Source: Bordetella parapertussis (lineage in GTDB: Bacteria; Pseudomonadota; Gammaproteobacteria; Burkholderiales; Burkholderiaceae_C). Taken from it: DNA of 64,000 bases. The position numbers were made by a program, and so were the translations under genes. This document shows positions 35,555-44,721 of this stretch, piece after piece. The DNA lies in the NCBI GenBank assembly GCA_945873925.1, contig CAMCES010000002.1:13700-77699 (forward strand), read 5' to 3'. The notes below the pieces were generated by a model, which was given only the letters and a program-made list of their open reading frames with translations, had not been told where the DNA came from and searched no databases. Each line of letters starts with the position of its first letter. The first letter of the stretch is position 1.

Positions 35555-36127
35555 TTATTGCTTGATGGCTTCTACCTGGATCAACAATTTGACTTTGTCT
35601 GGAATACCAAAGTCGATGCCCCATTTCATACCCCAGTCGCTGCGCATGATGGTGGTTTCAAAGTCGCCGCCGCAGACTTCACGCTTGAGTCTGGGATGTT
35701 CATAGCAGTTGAAGTTGGTGGCCTTCAACATCACAGGCAAGGTTTTGCCCAGCATGGTCAGGCTGCCAGCCACTTCAGAGATTTTGTCTCCGTTGAAGCT
35801 GAATTTATCTGCCGAAAAGGTCATGGTGGGGTGGACTGGCGCATCAAAAAAGTCAGACTTTTTCAAGTGGGCGTTGAAGGCTTCGGTGCCGGTGTTGATG
35901 GAATCGGCTTGGATGGTCAGGTTGACAGAACCGGTTTTGGCGGCGCGGTCAAATTGAACAACGCCTTCTTTTTTATCAAAGCGGCCACGGTTGGTGGATG
36001 TGCCAAAGTGAGTGACCTCAAAGGTCACAAAGGTGTGTGTGGGATCGATGTTGTAGGTGGCCGCTTGAGCGGTGGTAACTGCAACGGCTGTGATCGCCAA
36101 AACGGCTGCAACAAGTTGTCTGCGCAT
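35555..36127 (-). CDS. YceI family periplasmic protein
   Basis: A signal peptide (MRRQLVAAVLAITAVAVTTAQA) is followed by YNIDPTHTFVTFEVTHFGTSTNRGRF...G.LT..G, the YceI lipocalin-like pattern. Confidence 0.9.
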   Translation of the reverse strand: MRRQLVAAVLAITAVAVTTAQAATYNIDPTHTFVTFEVTHFGTSTNRGRFDKKEGVVQFDRAAKTGSVNLTIQADSINTGTEAFNAHLKKSDFFDAPVHPTMTFSADKFSFNGDKISEVAGSLTMLGKTLPVMLKATNFNCYEHPRLKREVCGGDFETTIMRSDWGMKWGIDFGIPDKVKLLIQVEAIKQ

Positions 36128-36163
36128 GAAATCTCCTTTGGATACGGGGTGAGTTGAAAAAAA

Positions 36164-36736
36164 CTAAAGCTTGCCGACACCGGTTAAGGCGAATTTGAAT
36201 TTCACCTGGACTTCGTCAGCCACCAGGGAAGTGTCTGACCATTCGTTGTCGCCAATTTTGAAAACCAGTCGTTTGAGTGTGAAGGCGCCGGTGGCTGTGG
36301 TGTTGGGGCCAGCCTGGGTCAGTACCACGGGCACCACCACCTCCTGGGAAACGCCTTTGATGGTCAGTTTGCCAGCCACCTCGAATTTGCCAGCCCCCAT
36401 GGCTTTGATGGACCCGGACTGGAAAGTGGCTTGGGCAAATCGGGCTGTATTGAACCAATCCGCCTTGGGCAGTTCCGCGTCGGTTTCTTTCACGCCAAGG
36501 GTCGCACTGGCCATGTCAACCGTGAAGGCGATTTTGCCAGCGGCAGGTTTTGCTGGGTCGAAAGCAATTTGAGCGTCAAATTTGTTGAAACGGCCTTCGA
36601 CAGGCACGCCCATCTGCTTGCTGACAAACACCATCTCGCTTTGAGCGGGCGCGAGTTTTTGCTGGGCAATGGCGCAGGTGCTGACCATCCCCAGCAAAGA
36701 GGAAAACAAAAACAGGGCAATGCGTTCGAGGTTCAT
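36164..36736 (-). CDS. YceI family periplasmic protein (paralog)
   Basis: The start is trimmed to the ATG at 36736, an ATGA overlap with the cytochrome b561 stop. A signal peptide is followed by FVSKQMGVPVEGRFNKF...GKLTIKGVSQEV. Confidence 0.9.
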   Translation of the reverse strand: MNLERIALFLFSSLLGMVSTCAIAQQKLAPAQSEMVFVSKQMGVPVEGRFNKFDAQIAFDPAKPAAGKIAFTVDMASATLGVKETDAELPKADWFNTARFAQATFQSGSIKAMGAGKFEVAGKLTIKGVSQEVVVPVVLTQAGPNTTATGAFTLKRLVFKIGDNEWSDTSLVADEVQVKFKFALTGVGKL

Positions 36737-37311
36737 GTGCTGTCTGGTGTGGATTGGCCGGGCAAGATGCGTTGAATTAAACCGTTCTGGGTGATCCATT
36801 GGTGTTTGATGGCGGCCAGGATATGGATCAGGGCCAAACCCATCATGACAAATGCGCTGATTTCATGCCAGGGCTTGATCAGCTCTGCCAGGGCTTTGTC
36901 TGACGGGACAAAGTCAGGCAGGGGTAAGACACCAAACAAAACAATGGGAAAGCCTGAGGCCGAGCTGTATGCCCAGCCGATCAAGGGTACCAAAAAGAAC
37001 AGGGCATAGAGCGCATTATGGATGCCGTGATGCGCCAAGTGCTGCCAACGGGGCATGCCTTGGTCAATCTGGGCAGGCAAGGGGGGGGGTTGGTGGGTCA
37101 AACGCCATAACAAGCGCAGTGCGGACAACAGCAAAAAAGTCATACCAGCCCATTTGTGCCAGTTGTAGAGTTTCAATTTCAGCGGGGAAAGGGGCAGGTC
37201 TGCCATGTACAAACCCATGCCAAACAAGCCAAACAGCGCCAATGCCAAGAACCAGTGCAAGCCAATGGCAGTGAGGGTATAGCGTTGAACGGCGGCAGAG
37301 CTGGAATCCAT
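36733..37311 (-). CDS. cytochrome b561 family protein
   Basis: RYTLTAIGLHWFLALALFG... contains the conserved haem-ligand His residues in TM helices (HW, HHGIH, H at LALIHILAAIKH). The start is chosen at 37311. The cytochrome b561-yceI pairing is classical. Confidence 0.85.
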   Translation of the reverse strand: MDSSSAAVQRYTLTAIGLHWFLALALFGLFGMGLYMADLPLSPLKLKLYNWHKWAGMTFLLLSALRLLWRLTHQPPPLPAQIDQGMPRWQHLAHHGIHNALYALFFLVPLIGWAYSSASGFPIVLFGVLPLPDFVPSDKALAELIKPWHEISAFVMMGLALIHILAAIKHQWITQNGLIQRILPGQSTPDST

Positions 37312-37444
37312 GGGGGAGAGTGTAGGCAGTCTTTGTGCAAAAAGATGAAAGATTTTTGACGTGATCAATCAAAAGGATTGAGCGATGAAGCAGGGGCTGA
37401 GGCAAGACGCAAGGCCTGCATGCGCCGCGAGCCCAGCAAAAGGA

Positions 37445-37999
37445 TCAGCGGGTGTGCGCGACAGCAGCAGGGGCAGTTTGCGCGGTGGCGACCCGCCGTG
37501 CGCCATTGAAGCGCTTGACCCAATAAGCATCGCTCATGTTCTCAATCCGCACTTCGCCGCCGCTGCGGGGCGAATGGATGAACTTTCCTTCACCAATATA
37601 GATGCCCACATGGCTGAAGGTTTTGCGCAGGGTGTTGTAGAAAACCAGGTCGCCAGGTTGGAGTTCGCTGCGGTCGATTTTTTCGGTGACCGCGGCCTGT
37701 GCTTTGGCGTTATGGGGCAAGACCAAGCCCAGGGTGTTTTGGTACATGGCGCGCACAAAGCCGCTGCAGTCAAAACCGTTTTCATTGTTGCCACCACGTT
37801 TGTAGGGGACTCCGATATAGCCCATGGCATTGACCACCAGCTCAGAGGCTTGGGAGCCGACCGAATGGCCCATGTGGCTGAATTGCGCGACCCAGCCGCT
37901 TTGAGTCAGCAACGAGTCGAGGTCGTCAGGCTGTTGTTTGGCTGGCTCGGCATGGGCCAAGCCAACACTGACCAACAAGAGTAAGAAGGTACGCAACAT
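37445..37999 (-). CDS. NlpC/P60 family cell-wall peptidase
   Basis: A signal peptide (MLRTFLLLLVSVGLAHA) is followed by GVPYKRGGNNENGFDCSGFVRAMY...GDLVFY...SHVGIYIGEGKFIHSP, which carries the catalytic Cys and His. Confidence 0.85.
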   Translation of the reverse strand: MLRTFLLLLVSVGLAHAEPAKQQPDDLDSLLTQSGWVAQFSHMGHSVGSQASELVVNAMGYIGVPYKRGGNNENGFDCSGFVRAMYQNTLGLVLPHNAKAQAAVTEKIDRSELQPGDLVFYNTLRKTFSHVGIYIGEGKFIHSPRSGGEVRIENMSDAYWVKRFNGARRVATAQTAPAAVAHTR

Positions 38000-38083
38000 A
38001 GGCCGACATTCTAATCCCCAGCCCATGAGGGCTTGACTGAAGGACAATGGAGGCTTTTCACACTTTCAGATCCAAGGACGACC

Positions 38084-39058
38084 ATGTTTCGCGCTCTCTT
38101 GTTAGACAAAGAACCCCATTTCCAAGCTGCCATCCAATCGGTCGATGAGAGCCGCTTGCCAGCAACCGATGTCCACGTGCAGGTGGCGTATTCCACCCTG
38201 AACTACAAGGACGGTCTGGCCATCACCAACAAAAGCCCAGTCGTGCGCAACTGGCCGATGGTGGCGGGGATTGACGGGGCGGGTACGGTGTTGTCATCGA
38301 GCCACCCCAATTGGAAAGCAGGCGACGCTTTCGTGCACAACGGCTGGGGCGTGGGTGAAACCCACTGGGGTTGTCTGGCCGAGCAGGCCAAACTCAAGGG
38401 CGACTGGCTGGTCAAACTGCCCTCTGATTTCACAGCACGCCAAGCAATGGCGATTGGTACGGCCGGTTACACCGCCATGTTGTGCGTCATGTCGCTCGAG
38501 CAACAAGGCGTCAAGCCAGGCGACGGCGAGATTTTGGTGACAGGCGCGACGGGTGGCGTGGGCAGTGTGGCCATCGCCTTGCTGGCCAAGTTGGGCTACA
38601 GCGTGGTGGCCGCGACCGGCAAAACCAGCGAAGAGTCCTACCTGCACAATTTGGGCGCTCAGCATTTGATCGACCGGGCTGAGCTGAGCGCGGCCGGCAA
38701 ACCCCTGCAAAAAGAGCGCTGGGCAGGTGTGGTCGACGCGGTGGGTTCAAACACCCTGGCCAACGCCTTGGCGCAAACCCGCTATGGCGGCGCCGTGGCA
38801 GCCTGCGGTTTGGCGCAAGGGTTCGATTTGCCCGCCACGGTCATGCCATTCATCTTGCGCAATGTGCGCTTGATCGGGGTGGATTCAGTGATGGCGCCCC
38901 TGGCATTGCGCCAGCAAGCCTGGGACCGTTTGGCCCGCGACCTCGACATCGCCAAACTCGAGAGCATGGTTGAAGAGGTCAGCCTGGACCAAGCCATTGA
39001 CAAAGCCCACGCGCTCATGGCCGGCAAGGTGCGTGGCCGCATCGTGGTGAAAATCTAA
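38084..39058 (+). CDS. acuI: acrylyl-CoA reductase AcuI/YhdH-type MDR oxidoreductase
   Basis: MFRALLLDKEPHFQAAIQSVDESRLPATDVHVQVAYSTLNYKDGLAITNKSPVVRNWPMVAGIDGAGTV parallels E. coli YhdH almost motif for motif. Confidence 0.8.
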   Translation: MFRALLLDKEPHFQAAIQSVDESRLPATDVHVQVAYSTLNYKDGLAITNKSPVVRNWPMVAGIDGAGTVLSSSHPNWKAGDAFVHNGWGVGETHWGCLAEQAKLKGDWLVKLPSDFTARQAMAIGTAGYTAMLCVMSLEQQGVKPGDGEILVTGATGGVGSVAIALLAKLGYSVVAATGKTSEESYLHNLGAQHLIDRAELSAAGKPLQKERWAGVVDAVGSNTLANALAQTRYGGAVAACGLAQGFDLPATVMPFILRNVRLIGVDSVMAPLALRQQAWDRLARDLDIAKLESMVEEVSLDQAIDKAHALMAGKVRGRIVVKI

Positions 39059-39061
39059 ACC

Positions 39062-39664
39062 ATGTTGCTCGACGCTGATGAATCCCAATTGGTGCTGGTG
39101 GACTTGCAGGAACGTTTGTTGCCCGCCATTCACCAAGGTGCTGACTGTTTGGCCAATGCCCTGAGATTGGCGAGAGCTGCCCGCTTGCTCGACTTGCCAG
39201 CTTGGGGCACCGAGCAAAACCCCAGCAAATTGGGCACCAACCCTGCAGAATTGAAAGCCCTGTGTAGGCAAACCCTGTCCAAAATGCAGTTCAGTGCCAG
39301 CCAGGAGGGTCTGACCGATCTGTTGCGTCCGCCGGCCAAGCCGGTGGGAGGCAACGCCCGCAGTTTGCCAAAGCACCTGCAAAAACCTGCTGGCAGCGGC
39401 CTTGAGCGCAACAGCCTGGTGATTGCAGGTGTGGAAGCGCATGTGTGCGTTTTGCAAACCGCTTTGGACTTGTTGGAGGATGAATTTGAGGTGTGGGTGG
39501 TGACCGATGCGTGCAGTTCACGCACCGAACGCAACCGTGATGCCGCCTACGACCGCTTGGCGGGTGCCGGTGCCGAGTTGGTGACCACTGAAATGGTTTT
39601 GTTTGAGTGGCTTCGCACGGCGGAGCACCCCGAGTTCAAAGCTATTCAAGCCTTGATCAAATAA
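39062..39664 (+). CDS. isochorismatase-family cysteine hydrolase
   Basis: LVLVDLQERLL and VIAGVEAHVCVLQTALDL (catalytic Cys context) match the family. The gene starts 3 nt after the acuI stop. Confidence 0.75.
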   Translation: MLLDADESQLVLVDLQERLLPAIHQGADCLANALRLARAARLLDLPAWGTEQNPSKLGTNPAELKALCRQTLSKMQFSASQEGLTDLLRPPAKPVGGNARSLPKHLQKPAGSGLERNSLVIAGVEAHVCVLQTALDLLEDEFEVWVVTDACSSRTERNRDAAYDRLAGAGAELVTTEMVLFEWLRTAEHPEFKAIQALIK

Positions 39665-39685
39665 AAATCCAATCGGGAGTCAGCT

Positions 39686-41578
39686 GTGGGTGTTTACGAA
39701 TCGTTCTACCGTCGGTCTTTAGACGACCGCGATGGGTTTTGGGGTGAACAAGCCCAGTTGATCGACTGGCACCAAGCCCCCACCCAAATTTGCGACTATG
39801 CCAATCCCCCTTTTGCCAAGTGGTATGTGGGTGGCAAAACCAATTTGTGCCACAACGCGTTGGATCGCCACCTGGCCAGCCAGGCTGACAAACCCGCGCT
39901 CATTTATGTGTCCACCGAAACCAACACCGAGGTCACCTACAGCTTTGCTCAACTGAGCGATGAAGTACAGCGCATGGCGGCCATTTTGCAATGCTTGGGT
40001 GTGGGCAAGGGCGACCGGGTCCTGATTTACCTTCCCATGATTGCCCAAGCCGCTTTTGCGATGTTGGCTTGTGTGCGCATGGGTGCCATCCATTCGGTGG
40101 TGTTTGGTGGGTTCGCCGCGCATGCCTTGTCCTCCCGCATTGAAGACGCCACGCCCAAGTTGGTGATCAGCGCAGATGCGGGCTCTCGCGGGGGCAAGGT
40201 GGTTCCCTACAAACCCTTGCTCGACGAAGCCATCTCCCTCAGCCAGCATAAGCCCGCCGCTGTGCTCATGGTCAACCGTGGTCTAGAGCCATTCACTGCC
40301 GTGACTGGTCGCGATCACGATTACGCCTCCTTGCGATCCCAACACCTGAACGCCCAAGTGCCCTGCGAATGGGTCGACAGCGACCACATCAGTTACACGC
40401 TTTACACCTCGGGCACGACAGGCAAACCCAAGGGTGTGCAGCGCGACACCGGTGGCTATGCCGTGGCCTTGGCGGCCAGCATGCAGCACATCTTTCAAGG
40501 CCAGCCTGGTCAGGTGTATTTCTCCACCAGCGACATTGGGTGGGTGGTGGGACACAGCTACATCATCTACGGGCCACTGCTCGCGGGCATGGCTACCCTG
40601 ATGTACGAGGGCTTGCCCACACGCCCCGATGGTGGCATTTGGTGGCAGCTGGTCGAGAAGTACAAAGTCACCCACATGTTCAGCGCCCCCACCGCGGTGC
40701 GGGTGCTAAAGAAGCAAGACCCCGCACTGTTGAGCAAACACGACTTGTCCAGCTTGCAGGCGCTGTATTTGGCTGGCGAACCGTTGGATGAACCGACCGC
40801 CCAGTGGATCGCCGATGGTTTGAAAAAACCCATCATCGACAACTACTGGCAAACCGAAACCGGCTGGCCCATCTTGACGGTTGCCAACGGGGTCGAGAAG
40901 AAAGCCAGTAAATACGGCAGCCCTGGCGTGCCCATGTACGGCTTCGATGTGAAATTGGTGGACGAGAACACCGGCGAAGTCCTGACCGGCGCCCACCAAA
41001 AAGGGGTGGTGGTCATTGCAGGCCCGCTGCCGCCCGGCTGCTTGCAAACCCTGTGGGGCGACGACCAGCGCTTTGTCAACACCTATTGGCAAAGCATCCC
41101 TGGCAAGTTGCTCTATTCCACTTTCGATTGGGGCGTGCGGGACGAGGACGGTTACTACTTCATATTGGGGCGCACCGACGACGTGATCAACGTGGCTGGC
41201 CACCGCTTGGGCACCCGCGAGATCGAGGAAAGCATTTCCAGCCACCCCAATGTCGCCGAGGTGGCGGTGGTGGGTGTGGCCGACCAGCTCAAAGGGCAGG
41301 TGGCCATGGCCTTTGTGGTTGCCAAGGACACGTCTGCTTTGGGGGATGCGGCAGGCCGCTTGAAGCTCGAAGGCGAGATCATGAAGCTGGTGGATGGCCA
41401 ATTGGGCGCGGTGGCCCGGCCTTCACGCGTGCTGTTCCTGAGCCTGCTGCCCAAAACCCGCAGCGGCAAATTGCTTCGCCGCGCCATCCAGGCAGTGTGC
41501 GAAAAGCGCGACCCGGGCGATTTGACCACCATTGACGACCCAACGCCGTTGCAGCAGATCCAAGAACAGCTGGCCTGA
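39686..41578 (+). CDS. prpE: propionate--CoA ligase (acyl-CoA synthetase, Acs/PrpE family)
   Basis: It has a GTG start. YESFYRRSLDDRDGFWGEQAQLIDW is a PrpE-type N-terminus, and the AMP-binding motif YTSGTTGKPKGV is present. C-terminal motifs are GRTDDVINVAGHR and PKTRSGKLLRR. Confidence 0.8.
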   Translation: MGVYESFYRRSLDDRDGFWGEQAQLIDWHQAPTQICDYANPPFAKWYVGGKTNLCHNALDRHLASQADKPALIYVSTETNTEVTYSFAQLSDEVQRMAAILQCLGVGKGDRVLIYLPMIAQAAFAMLACVRMGAIHSVVFGGFAAHALSSRIEDATPKLVISADAGSRGGKVVPYKPLLDEAISLSQHKPAAVLMVNRGLEPFTAVTGRDHDYASLRSQHLNAQVPCEWVDSDHISYTLYTSGTTGKPKGVQRDTGGYAVALAASMQHIFQGQPGQVYFSTSDIGWVVGHSYIIYGPLLAGMATLMYEGLPTRPDGGIWWQLVEKYKVTHMFSAPTAVRVLKKQDPALLSKHDLSSLQALYLAGEPLDEPTAQWIADGLKKPIIDNYWQTETGWPILTVANGVEKKASKYGSPGVPMYGFDVKLVDENTGEVLTGAHQKGVVVIAGPLPPGCLQTLWGDDQRFVNTYWQSIPGKLLYSTFDWGVRDEDGYYFILGRTDDVINVAGHRLGTREIEESISSHPNVAEVAVVGVADQLKGQVAMAFVVAKDTSALGDAAGRLKLEGEIMKLVDGQLGAVARPSRVLFLSLLPKTRSGKLLRRAIQAVCEKRDPGDLTTIDDPTPLQQIQEQLA

Positions 41579-41778
41579 GCATGCCTGCAAAGACAACACA
41601 ATTGGAGTCGGCCCCAATCGCTTGAAGTTTGTCGTAAAACTGTCAGTGATCAGTGGCACAATGGTCATACATACTTGAGGCAAGCACCTCAGGTCGCATC
41701 CACCAGCCGGTTCAGCCGTGTCGTGGAGGGTTCTTCAACCAAGCTAATGTTTCCTGCAGGGAAACGGAGGTCAGCGTC

Positions 41779-44658
41779 ATGAGCGATTCATCGCAGTCGG
41801 GTTCATCCGTCTATCAAGCCTACGCGAGCAACACCTATCTCTTCGGGGGCAACGCCCCCTACGTCGAAGAGATGTATGAAAACTACCTCGCCAATCCAGG
41901 TAGCGTGCCATACAGTTGGCGGCAGTATTTCGATGCCCTGCAACACGTTCCCGCTGTGGATGGCAGCAACGCCAAAGACGTGCCGCACCAGCCCGTGGTG
42001 AACGCTTTTGCCGAGCGGGCCAAGCAAGGCGGCACCCGCGTGGTCATGGCCAGTGCAGATGCCGAAATGGGCCGCAAACGCACCGCCGCCCAGCAGCTGA
42101 TCGCGGCCTACCGCAACGTCGGCCAACGCTGGGCCAACCTAGACCCACTGCAGCGCACCGAACGTCCCGCCATCCCTGAGCTCGAACCCTCTTTCTATGG
42201 TTTTGGCGATGCCGATCAAGAAACCGTGTTCGACACCAGCAACACTTTTTTTGGCAAAGACCGCATGAGCCTGCGCGAGTTGGTCAATGCCTTGCGTGAA
42301 ACCTATTGCGGCACTTTGGGCGCCGAGTACATGTACACCTCGGACATGACCGAAAAGCGCTGGTGGCAGCAAAATTTGGAAAGCATCCGCAGCAAACCCA
42401 CCTTCAGCGCCGAGAAGAAAAAACACATCTTGGACCGCCTGACCGCCGCCGAAGGCCTCGAGCGTTACCTGCACACCAAGTATGTCGGCCAAAAACGCTT
42501 TTCGCTCGAAGGGGGCGAGAGCTTTATCGCGGCCATGGACGAGTTGATCCAAATCGCCGGTGCCAAAGGTGTGCAAGAAGTGGTGATCGGCATGGCCCAC
42601 CGTGGCCGCTTGAATGTGTTGGTCAACACCATGGGCAAGCAGCCCGCCGACATGTTTGCAGAGTTTGACCACACTGCGCCTGAGCATTTGCCCGCTGGTG
42701 ACGTGAAATACCACCAAGGTTTCAGCTCGGACGTTTCTACCCCTGGCGGCCCGGTGCATTTGAGCTTGGCCTTCAACCCCTCTCACTTGGAAATCGTCAA
42801 CCCTGTGGTCGAAGGCTCGGTGCGCTCACGCATGGACCGCCGTGACGACCCCACAGGCAGCCAGGTGCTGCCGGTGTTGGTACACGGCGACGCCGCTTTT
42901 GGCGGCCAAGGGGTCAATCAAGAAACCCTTGCACTGGCCCAAACCCGTGGCTATTCCACCGGCGGCACGGTGCACATCATCATCAACAACCAAATCGGCT
43001 TCACCACCTCCGACCCCCGCGACATGCGTTCTTCTGTGTTTTGCACCGACATCGTCAAGATGGTCGAGGCCCCTGTGCTGCATGTCAACGGTGACGACCC
43101 CGAAGCCGTGGTCTTGGCCGCCCAATTGGCCCTGGAATACCGTATGGCGTTTGGCCAAGACGTGGTGGTCGACATCACTTGTTTCCGAAAGCTCGGCCAC
43201 AACGAGCAAGACACACCTAGCCTGACCCAACCGCTGATGTACAAAAAAATCGCGTCCCACCCCGGAACCCGAAAAATGTACGCGGACCGTTTGGCCTCTC
43301 AAGGTCTGGGCGAGAGCTTGGGCGACGACATGGTCAAGGCCTACCGCGCAGCATTGGACGCAGGCAAGAACACCTCAGATCCTGTGCTCACCAATTTCAA
43401 GACCAAGTTCACGGTCGATTGGTCACCGTTCCTCGGCAAAAAATGGACCGATGCGGCCGATACCGCCATCCCCATGGCGGAGTGGAAACGCCTGGCCGAG
43501 CGGATCACCACCATTCCTTCAACGGTCACCCCGCATCCCTTGGTGAAAAAGGTCTATGACGACCGTGCCTCCATGGGGCGAGGTGATTTGCCTGTCGACT
43601 GGGGCATGGGAGAGCACATGGCCTTTGCCTCCTTGGTGGCCAGCGGCTTTCCTGTGCGTTTGTCGGGCGAAGACTGCGGCCGTGGTACTTTCACCCACCG
43701 ACATGCGGTCATCCACGACCAAAACCGTGAAAAATGGGATACCGGCACTTACATTCCCTTGCAAAACGCAGCGGACAACCAGTCACCCTTCACGGTGATC
43801 GATTCCATCCTGTCTGAGGAAGCTGTCCTGGCCTTTGAATACGGCTACGCCTCCAACGACCCCAACACCTTGGTGATCTGGGAGGCGCAGTTTGGCGACT
43901 TTGCCAATGGTGCGCAGGTGGTGATCGATCAGTTCATTGCCTCTGGTGAGGTCAAGTGGGGCCGGGTCAATGGCATCACCCTGATGCTGCCTCATGGCTA
44001 CGAAGGCCAAGGCCCAGAGCACAGCTCAGCCCGGGTCGAGCGCTTCATGCAATTGGCCGCCGACACCAACATGCAAATCGTGCAACCAACGACAGCCAGC
44101 CAAATTTTCCACGTGTTGCGTCGCCAGATGGTGCGCAACCTGCGCAAGCCGCTGGTCATCTTCACACCCAAGTCTTTGTTGCGACACAAAGACGCCACTT
44201 CGCCAGTATCCGAATTCACCAAAGGTGGTTTCCAAACCATCATTCCCGAGAGCAAAGACATCAAGGCGGACAAAGTCAAACGCTTGGTCATTTGCTCTGG
44301 CAAGGTGTATTACGACTTGTCGAAAAAACGCGAAGAAAACGGCCACGACGATACCGCCCTGGTGCGCTTGGAGCAGCTCTATCCGTTCCCTCACAAGGCG
44401 TTTGCTGCCGAGTTGAAGAAATACCCCCATGCCACGGAAGTGTTGTGGTGTCAGGATGAGCCCCAAAACCAAGGTGCTTGGTTTTTTGTGCAGCACTACC
44501 TGTTTGAAAACATGGCCGCTGGCCAAAAGCTGGGCTACAGCGGTCGCGCTGCCTCGGCTTCACCCGCAGTGGGCTATTCGCACTTGCACCAAGACCAGCA
44601 AAAAGCGCTGGTTGATGGTGCCTTTGGCCGCCTCAAGGGATTCATATTGACCAAGTAA
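41779..44658 (+). CDS. sucA: 2-oxoglutarate dehydrogenase E1 component
   Basis: The ATG at 41779 follows GGAGG. NTYLFGGNAPYVEEMYENYL, RWWQQNLES and HGDAAFGGQGV match SucA, and sucB follows. Confidence 0.95.
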   Translation: MSDSSQSGSSVYQAYASNTYLFGGNAPYVEEMYENYLANPGSVPYSWRQYFDALQHVPAVDGSNAKDVPHQPVVNAFAERAKQGGTRVVMASADAEMGRKRTAAQQLIAAYRNVGQRWANLDPLQRTERPAIPELEPSFYGFGDADQETVFDTSNTFFGKDRMSLRELVNALRETYCGTLGAEYMYTSDMTEKRWWQQNLESIRSKPTFSAEKKKHILDRLTAAEGLERYLHTKYVGQKRFSLEGGESFIAAMDELIQIAGAKGVQEVVIGMAHRGRLNVLVNTMGKQPADMFAEFDHTAPEHLPAGDVKYHQGFSSDVSTPGGPVHLSLAFNPSHLEIVNPVVEGSVRSRMDRRDDPTGSQVLPVLVHGDAAFGGQGVNQETLALAQTRGYSTGGTVHIIINNQIGFTTSDPRDMRSSVFCTDIVKMVEAPVLHVNGDDPEAVVLAAQLALEYRMAFGQDVVVDITCFRKLGHNEQDTPSLTQPLMYKKIASHPGTRKMYADRLASQGLGESLGDDMVKAYRAALDAGKNTSDPVLTNFKTKFTVDWSPFLGKKWTDAADTAIPMAEWKRLAERITTIPSTVTPHPLVKKVYDDRASMGRGDLPVDWGMGEHMAFASLVASGFPVRLSGEDCGRGTFTHRHAVIHDQNREKWDTGTYIPLQNAADNQSPFTVIDSILSEEAVLAFEYGYASNDPNTLVIWEAQFGDFANGAQVVIDQFIASGEVKWGRVNGITLMLPHGYEGQGPEHSSARVERFMQLAADTNMQIVQPTTASQIFHVLRRQMVRNLRKPLVIFTPKSLLRHKDATSPVSEFTKGGFQTIIPESKDIKADKVKRLVICSGKVYYDLSKKREENGHDDTALVRLEQLYPFPHKAFAAELKKYPHATEVLWCQDEPQNQGAWFFVQHYLFENMAAGQKLGYSGRAASASPAVGYSHLHQDQQKALVDGAFGRLKGFILTK

Positions 44659-44721
44659 GCCGCTTGCGAGGCGCGTCTTGCGCCCCGGGTCTGCCCATCT
44701 ATCCAACAGGAAACACACATC

